DNA of 64,000 nucleotides. Origin: Flaccisagitta enflata. Lineage: Eukaryota. The translations under genes and the position numbers were made by a program. Where the stretch lies: positions 19,406,001 to 19,470,000 of the forward strand of contig OZ231126.1 in NCBI GenBank assembly GCA_965153355.1, read 5' to 3'. The notes beneath the pieces are model-generated. The model saw nothing but the letters and a program-made list of their open reading frames with translations. It was not told where the DNA came from and made no database searches. How positions within the stretch are numbered: the first letter of the stretch is position 1; each line of letters starts with the position of its first letter. Below are positions 60,055-64,000 of this stretch, piece by piece.

Positions 60055-61013
60055 TATGGCAAAGATAAAAAAGACAGTGATTTTCAAAATACCACCAGCT
60101 ACCTATTTTTTTGAATGACTTCAAATCCTTTTAGGTGATATTAGTGTGACAAATTTTTGGTTCAGCAAAAGAATCAGAACTCAATAGTCGCAAAAGCGTT
60201 ACATGGTCAGCGGTACCCGATGCCCCTAAGTTAGTGTATGTGGGAATGAGTGCATGTGGGAATGAGATAAGAGGGGCAGCGTGAAAGGCGTGATTTAGGG
60301 TCTGGGAGGCCTTATTTTGGGTCTGAGAGGCCTGATGTGGGGTCAGAAAAGTCTGTTTTGGGGTCTGAAAGGCCTGATTTGGTGTCTGAGAGGCCTGATT
60401 TGGGTTCAAAAGGGCTTCATTTGCAGTCTGGGAGGCTGGTTTTGAGGCTTTGGGGGGGAGGGGGGGGACGTACGGACGGAAACCGGAGAAAATTGCCCTA
60501 TGTGGAATCATAGGTCATCGGCCCCTCCGGGGCCGCTGCCCAAAAAAGTTAATTTTTGTGGCCGTAGCATCAATTTTTGCAAAAATTGTCAAATGATGAA
60601 TCACCAATTGAATAAAATTTTCACATGACACACAGTCACTACTGCAATCTCATTTTTTGAGCAGCCTCAAAAATCTTTTCAGGTGTTCATAGTATGCCAA
60701 TTTTTTGACTCAGCATAAAAATCAGAACTCAAAAAAATTTGTTTTTGTACACGTAGCATCAATTTTTGTAATACTTATCAAAATGAATTCTTTAAAAGTT
60801 GCAAATATGGAGTTTTTCCCCTTCTTTTATTTTTGATGTTTTTTCACAAAAAGTGATGCTACGGGGCCCAAAAATGAACTTTTTTGAGTTCTGATTTTTT
60901 CGCTGGTTAGATAATTTGATTCATTAACACTACCCAAAAGGATTTTAAGCAAATGAAAAAAATGAGTGCGTAGGAGTACATTGAAATAACTGTCTTTTTT
61001 TTCTTTGCCATGG
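60055..61013. mobile_element. Diverged inverted-repeat MITE with a HINE-like element nested at about 60184-60546
   Basis: ATGGCAAAG..AAAAAGACAGT and ACTGTCTTTTTTTTCTTTGCCAT. AATCAGAACTCAA[insert]AAAAGTT is the inverse of AACTTTTTTGAGTTCTGATT. Confidence 0.7.
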
Positions 61014-61056
61014 TTAGTTTTGAGTCGATATTATCAAATTTCTTTTTCACGCGACA

Positions 61057-61664
61057 TTAGCCTTTGGCCCCTGATTTGATAGCGCCGACTCCACCACCAA
61101 GGACGGCGCCTCCGACACCGCCAACCAGTCCCCCTCCGACGCCACCGACAACCGCGCCGCCAAGTCCACCAGCTGCGCCTCCACCCACAGCGCCAAGCCC
61201 GCCGCCAACTACCGCGCCAGCGGGACCCGCGGCGTAACCACCGGCAGCTCCGCCAGCCACCCCGCCCGCCACGGCGCCTCCGACCGTACCAACAGCGGCG
61301 CCAATTCCCGTGCCGGCCACGATGCCGCCGCCGAGGCCGACTGCGCCGCCAATCAGAGCACCTTGGATGACTTCGTCGGGATCGATATTTTGGACGAATT
61401 GACCCCCTTGATGAGCTAGGTTGGCGCCGGTGTTCAAAACGTTGCTTGTTCCCGCTTGCGCGATATGAACGCCGGTTTGAGCGACATTCCTGCCGGCGTT
61501 GATGCCGAAACTGACGCCATTTTTCGCCAAATTGGCGCCGGATTTGGCGGCGTTGTTGACCCCGTTGACCGCGGCGTGAGCGACGTTGGAGGGACTGGGA
61601 AGTTTCACGTTGATCTTAGGTGGCCTCCATTTGAATATGTTGAAGAGTCCACGTTCATACAATT
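61057..61664 (-). CDS. Exon 2 of glycine-zipper protein A (238-aa precursor): ELYER-GLF processing site, amphipathic repeats, GxxxG zipper
   Basis: Acceptor CACAG|AA is phase-compatible with exon 1. GC-rich codon-like composition. About 85 aa of continuous GxxxG with a central AAGPAG turn. Confidence 0.9.
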
Positions 61665-61691
61665 CTGTGTCGTGGCGGGAAGTATGTCAGT

Positions 61692-61787
<96 letters not shown>

Positions 61788-61815
61788 AATAATAACGACT
61801 ACAACATGATTGTAA

Positions 61816-61916
<101 letters not shown>

Positions 61917-62011
61917 CCAATGACAAAAAAAAACCAAAACAAAAACCAAAACCAAAACCATAACCAAAACAACAACCAAAACCAAAACCAAGACCAAGAT
62001 TCATGACTTAC

Positions 62012-62120
62012 CTTGAATTTCATCAGCTAATTGAGCCTCGTCGGCGCCAACATCAAGAGGATAAGCCGCGACTGTCAATAAGAGAGCACCCAGGACAGCG
62101 AGGTTCAAAAGCAGCTTCAT
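62012..62120 (-). CDS. Exon 1 of secreted glycine-zipper protein A (signal peptide plus acidic pro-piece)
   Basis: MKLLLNLAVLGALLLTVAAYPLDVGADEAQLADEIQ followed by a consensus donor G|GTAAGT. Homologous to exon 54789-54882. Absent from the ORF track because it is short. Confidence 0.88.
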
Positions 62121-62218
62121 TTTTTTGGCGCAAAAAAAGAATCTGCTAACGTCTTCAAATGAAATTTCAAGGGAACACACGATACTTGTAATCTTTGAGA
62201 CTTTAAAGGGGCAACAAA

Positions 62219-62225
62219 TTTATAT
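62219..62225 (-). promoter_or_regulatory. Candidate TATA box of glycine-zipper gene A
   Basis: ATATAAA on the minus strand about 100 bp upstream of ATG 62120. Confidence 0.42.
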
Positions 62226-62522
62226 TTCACCTAAACCTCATTTCTTTTCTTAGGATATCAGATTTCGTTTAGGCCAAGTCAATTACGGGTTACCTATCAA
62301 ATTACAAAAGTACTAAGCAAACATAATTTTTTGGGGTTCAGAAAAAAGAGAGAGAAAAATAAAAGATAAAAAAATAAAAAGCGATCCTGATTTTTTCTTT
62401 CAACTTTCTTTGTTAAGATCTTTTTTTTCTTTTTTTCATGCCTTTCTCATGAAAACATGAACCCATTACTATCAGTTTTCCTACCAGTATTCCCACCAGT
62501 TCTCTGAGAGAGGAGAGAGGAG

Positions 62523-62690
<168 letters not shown>

Positions 62691-62956
62691 AGAAAGGAGA
62701 GAGATCAGAAAGGTGGTGAGGGGAGGGGGGAGTCGCATTGATGAAATTAAATTAAATTATCCCCTCTTCGTCTATCTGACTCAGAGACATAAATAACCAA
62801 GTTTTGCTGTCGATTCAATTTGTAAGTACATTGCTACTTCTTTTTTCTACAATTTTTTCACGAGGAGAGCTGCCTTTACTGGTGCGGCTTTCCAATTCAA
62901 GGCGTTTCAACCAAATGTATAGAAGGAGTATTTACACAAAATTTTGGTTGGTGTAT

Positions 62957-63471
62957 TTGCGTGCTTCGCATAGCAAAAGTTGGTTATTTCTTTTCGCCCT
63001 CTTTACCTAATGTGGAGTGACCACTTTTAGGACCCTTACCATTTTTGTTTTATCAAAAATCGTTCATCTTCCGTTTTTTAGAAAATTGCTTTTGAAGACC
63101 TAATTTGCATAATGCAGTGGGATAAAACAATATGCTGACATTGTTTGAATCAGCTTTTATAATTTTCTATTTTTCATAGAATTGCAATTCTGCCTTTTCA
63201 TTTGCTCTTTAATAACTTATGTTCTGATATTTTTGTTTATTTTTACATATATCATGATTTTTTAAAACAAATAATTGTCCTTTTTGTAACAAAACTACAC
63301 AGGATTTTGCTGAATTCTGGGAAATCAGTGGAAACTTTAAGGCCAAAACAAAAACGGAAGATGAAGGAATTTTGAAAAAAGGAAAATGGTCATCTTCATG
63401 ATTTTTGATCCTCCACATTACCTAAGTAGGGTGAAGGGATACTCCCAACTTTTGCTATGTGAAGCACCCAA
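62957..63471. mobile_element. MITE with 9-bp TSD (Mutator/MULE-like)
   Basis: TIRs TTGCGTGCTTCGCATAGCAAAAGTTGG and CCAACTTTTGCTATGTGAAGCACCCAA. TTGGTGTAT at 62948-62956 and 63472-63480. Confidence 0.8.
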
Positions 63472-63685
63472 TTGGTGTATATTGGAAAATTAGAAGCAAA
63501 CAGGTATGACAGGCAGCATTATGTTTGTCATCACTCATTCGGTGGAGCTAACGGTGCGTGGGCAATGGACGAAATCTTGTAAAATATCACGCCACTGAAT
63601 TTGGGTGCCAACTAACCACTTATCCAATTACGCCCGTATACTACTCTGATCTTGAAAAAAAAAGTTCAGCAATTCTATTTGAAGA

Positions 63686-64000
63686 AAAAGTACGAATCTC
63701 TATGTCTGTTCCCAAATACAATCGATAGACATGAATTATAAGTGAACACTGAACAGATATTCATTGATAATTCATTCGACTGGCAAAAATTCGATCTTGC
63801 CAAACTCTTCCAGTGGCTGCTGCCAAATGACTTTTGTCGTAGATGTCAGACTTTTTTTTTTTTGTTTGAATGACAACACTTGTCTTAGAATCAACCTCTA
63901 CCTGTCGATTTATTTTGAAAGTATTGCTGGCTTTTTCCCTCCATGAATCTCGAACTTAATCGCGTGCACGTGACGCAATTACCCGCTATATCTGTCGGTC
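63686..64000 (+). repeat. Direct duplicate of about 24419-24725
   Basis: AAAAGTACGAATCTCTATGTCTGTT...CTCGAACTTAATCGCGTGCAC is colinear with scattered substitutions and runs to the window edge. Confidence 0.9.

Overview
Repeat-dense eukaryotic DNA, probably from an invertebrate animal. It has GT-AG introns, long (GA)n/(CA)n/(AAC)n/(AAG)n microsatellites, satellites and nested DNA transposons. Most entries in the ORF track are artefacts of simple repeats. Supportable coding content is: (1) an apparently intact hAT transposon (12060-15879, 14-bp TIRs, 8-bp TSD, 666-aa BED-finger DDE transposase), nested in an older long-TIR element; (2) a minus-strand gene at 28928-25108 that can be spliced in frame into a ~1061-aa protein: permuted papain-like (PPPDE/LRAT-type His...NC) domain, 3 TM helices, mucin-like stalk, Kelch propeller; (3) two tandem minus-strand paralogues encoding secreted prepro-proteins (signal peptide, acidic pro-piece, ExxxR site, amphipathic repeats, long GxxxG glycine zipper) at 62120-61057 and 54882-45537. 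The second paralogue has a duplication-derived extra exon and is split by a ~4-kb CACAGT-ended, 5-bp-TSD (Transib-like) insertion that might be spliced out. At least five families of Helentron-associated (HINE/DINE-1-like) elements are present, several carrying tandem arrays, plus TA-flanked MITEs, a 9-bp-TSD MITE, foldback palindromes and a head-to-head inverted 137-bp satellite. All calls come from reading the sequence by eye; no database searches were run.
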